Shown: positions 61,400-64,000 of the stretch, in pieces | Position numbering within the stretch: the first letter of the stretch is position 1 | How the letters are laid out: every line of letters starts with the position of its first letter | Assembly: GCA_963575745.1 (NCBI GenBank) | Contig: CAUYUJ010000098.1 | Span: forward strand, 1-64,000 | Length of the DNA stretch: 64,000 nt | Direction of reading: 5' to 3' | Origin: Prorocentrum cordatum | Taxonomy: Eukaryota | The notes under the pieces: generated by a model | The model's input: the letters and a program-made list of their open reading frames with translations, nothing else | What the model was told of the DNA's origin: nothing | The model's database searches: none | Made by a program: the position numbers and the translations under genes

Positions 61400-61925
61400 C
61401 CCTCGAAGATAAACGAAATTCACACGGCGTGCGCGGAAACTTTCGGAGGTCCGCACATACTTCTTCGGTATGCGCTGGACTTCCATCCCTGGCGCGCGAA
61501 GCGCGCCAAGGGCGGCGACAGAGGCGCCGCCAAGGTGGGTCCAACGCGGGCAAAGAAACCTGCGCGGAGCTCCAGAACTTCGTCCATGTGTGTGATGTTC
61601 CTTGCTCCTCGATGCGAGCACCTAGCCCGTTGAGCCTCTGCCAAACCCTGCCTCATCGATAATCTTGCCTCCTAGATCTCGCAACGACGATTTCTGAAAG
61701 ACAGGTTTACCTTGCATGTGAAAACACTTGTTCGACACCTTATCTGCCTCCCCCCGCCCTCCTCGATCCTTCTCCCGCCCCAGGCATCCGACGTCGTACG
61801 TCGCACGCCGCTGTCGGTTGTGCAAGCCCGCTCCCCTCAGGTCTGGACCTCTCTGCCGGGGACCCGTCTCCTGTCCCGAGTCGGTCGTGATCGCGGCTCC
61901 GTGGAAGCCGACAATTTGCAAAAGC
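61400..61925 (-). pseudogene. Possible highly decayed non-LTR RT fragment
   Basis: Only TDSGQE and SLRDLG-like remnants in broken frames; no catalytic motif visible. Confidence 0.3.
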
Positions 61926-64000
61926 CGTCCGTCGCCATCTCTTCAAAGCGCGAGGATCGAGGTGCAGCGATAGGTGGGGCAAGCTCGGGGGGGAACCTGC
62001 ACGGTTTCCCTCGGGGCCGTAGGCGACCCGAGGAGGAGTAGCAGGAGGAGCAGGAGGAGCAGGAGGAGTAGGAGGAGGGAGGAGAAGGGAGGAGGAGGAG
62101 GAGGAGGAGGAGGAGGAGGAGGAGGAGGAGGAGGAGGACGGGTCGCCTAAGCCCTTCGGAGAACCCTCCACCTGAGCCTATGCCCCCTTGACGTCGCCCC
62201 CTCGGTTTTCTGGGCGTAGCTCGGTCTTCCGGCGGCCGTTCGGGACGATCCGGGCACCCCTGGAGCGCCCTCGGCGAGGCACGGCTGCTGGAAAGCGCCC
62301 CGAGGCTGGAGAGCCGCCGAGGACCCACGAAGACGCCCGAAGACCATCGGGGACTTCGAACCTCGAAGGGTGCCCGGGGTCCTCGGCGGGAGGGAGCCCC
62401 CGCCGTTTGGCATGGGGCAGACGGGTCCCGAGAGAAACGGGACCTGGACCCCGAGACCTCCCCCGAGACGAGTTCTTCATCCTGGGTCGCTCCCAGACAG
62501 TCCTGGGGCCCGAGGAGGGCTCCGAGGCCCGCAAAACTGCAAGATGCCGCGGGACCCGTTTTTCTCAGGACCCGGTTCCCCCGTGGCGAGCAGTGGAGCC
62601 TGTGCCGAGCCCTGCTGCCGGTCCCCGAACGTCTCGAAGAAACGCCGTAGGAGCCGCGGCGCCAGGTCGCTGGCGCTGAAGGGTCCGAGCCTCAGCCGCA
62701 CGGGCCGCGCTCCAGCGGAAGGCCGACGAGAGCCCCTTCGAAAGGTACCCCTCGCCGTCCTCGTCCTCGTCCTTGCCCTCGTCTGCCGTCCTCGTCCTCG
62801 TCCTCGGCCTCGTCCGCCGTCCCCGTCCTCGTCGTTTTTGTTTACGTGCTGCTGAATTTACGGCAACACGACAAACATTCCTCCGTTTTGCGTGGCGCTG
62901 CCTGGACAGAGGCGGGGGGGCTGTTGGCCATAACCGCAGCAGGGGCAAAAAGGAATCTGCCGACCCTTCGGCGTGTGTGAGTCGCTGTCGTCGTCTTCGT
63001 CGTCGTCGTCGCCAGTTCTGAGAATAAGAAAACGAACAGAGAAAATCATCGTCGTGGTTACATCGGTTCCTTTCCCATTTTCCCCTCCCTGACAGGGGTG
63101 GGTACAGGGTGGTGAGGGGGGGTAGGGGCGGGCGTGCAAGAGGGGGTCCTGGGTCAGATTGTCCCTGGTCCCCCTGTAGACAGGGAGGAGGGGGGGGTCC
63201 CCCCTTGTGAAAAGGGATCTTGGGGGGAATGGGAGGCTGAGGGAGGTCCCGCCTATGGTGGTCCCAGGTCAGCACATCACCCCCCCCAAGGGTCTCAGCG
63301 GGTCCTGGGAGGGGTCGCCAGCGGGTGTCCCGGGGGAGCGTGCACATCGCCACACCTCCCCATAACCAGGGGTCCCCCTCTCGGCCCCTGCATGACCAGG
63401 CGGCCCCGACTAGAGCTGGCCGGCCTTCCCGAGGGACTCTTTCAGCAGGCGGAGCAGCTGTGCACCTCCCCCTTCGCAGGCGGAACGGGTCGCGCCCGCA
63501 CAGAACTTCTGCTCCGCCTCCCTCCCTCCTCCCGTCTAGTAATCCAGACCCCCGACGTCGTGAGTTTTCCACACAACGTCGACCCCCAGAGGCCTGGACC
63601 CTTTTTTCTTGTTTCGTTGCGCGCCAGGAGACTGCACCACATTGGAGAGCCAGCTTTCGGCGGCGAGCAAGGGCACCAGCCCCACGTAAAAAAGGGAAGA
63701 AGTACGGATCGACCACCTCACCAAAACAACGGCGTGGGTGCCAGGAGCGTCTCGCTCACGACTCTCGCAATGACCGGGCCCCTTCCCCAGGACTGGTATC
63801 TCATGCCCGGACCTTTCTTGCTGGTCCCGAGGCTTGGGTAAGGGCCCCCCGGAATCCGAAAGTAGCAAAACACCCCCCGTCGTGATCTCTTCACGACGCG
63901 AGGGGGCCTCCCTCCCTGTCCCCCTCCAGTTCCTCGCCCCCTCCTCCCGCTGGGCATGCACCGTGCTCCCGGGCGCTTCCCCTGGGGTGCCTTGCAAAGG

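Noticed and set aside
62140..64000. Long GC-rich ORFs at the window end
   Set aside because: They overlap on both strands, are low in complexity and contain no recognisable domain.

Overview
Repeat-dominated eukaryotic DNA, almost certainly from a dinoflagellate: a 20/22 match to the dinoflagellate spliced leader lies at 51821-51842 (minus strand). No intact intron-containing host gene, rRNA, tRNA or CRISPR array is recognisable. Most of the window is a nested cluster of at least four, probably five, element families (called A-E here). Their ends share one grammar: a T-rich junction, a 5' terminal hairpin containing a short inverted repeat, the partner repeat about 13-25 nt inside the 3' end, and an end in (A/G)ATT or GAT. 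Families A-C also show head-to-tail junctions, and no target duplications are seen. This is the Helitron2/Helentron end grammar, but no Rep/helicase gene is present. Each family carries its own satellite. Four of the six family-A copies carry an intronless ORF of about 727 aa with a divergent EEP (APE/DNase I-like) nuclease domain and an unknown C-terminal region. One family-C unit contains a spliced-leader-capped retrocopy of a 7-bladed FG-GAP membrane protein. Also present are an 8.3-kb segment inside an (AAC)n tract with three co-oriented intronless ORFs, several decayed non-LTR retrotransposon fragments and many micro/minisatellites. Some copies show local error bursts and A-rich inserts that may be long-read consensus artefacts, so the frameshifts need confirmation.
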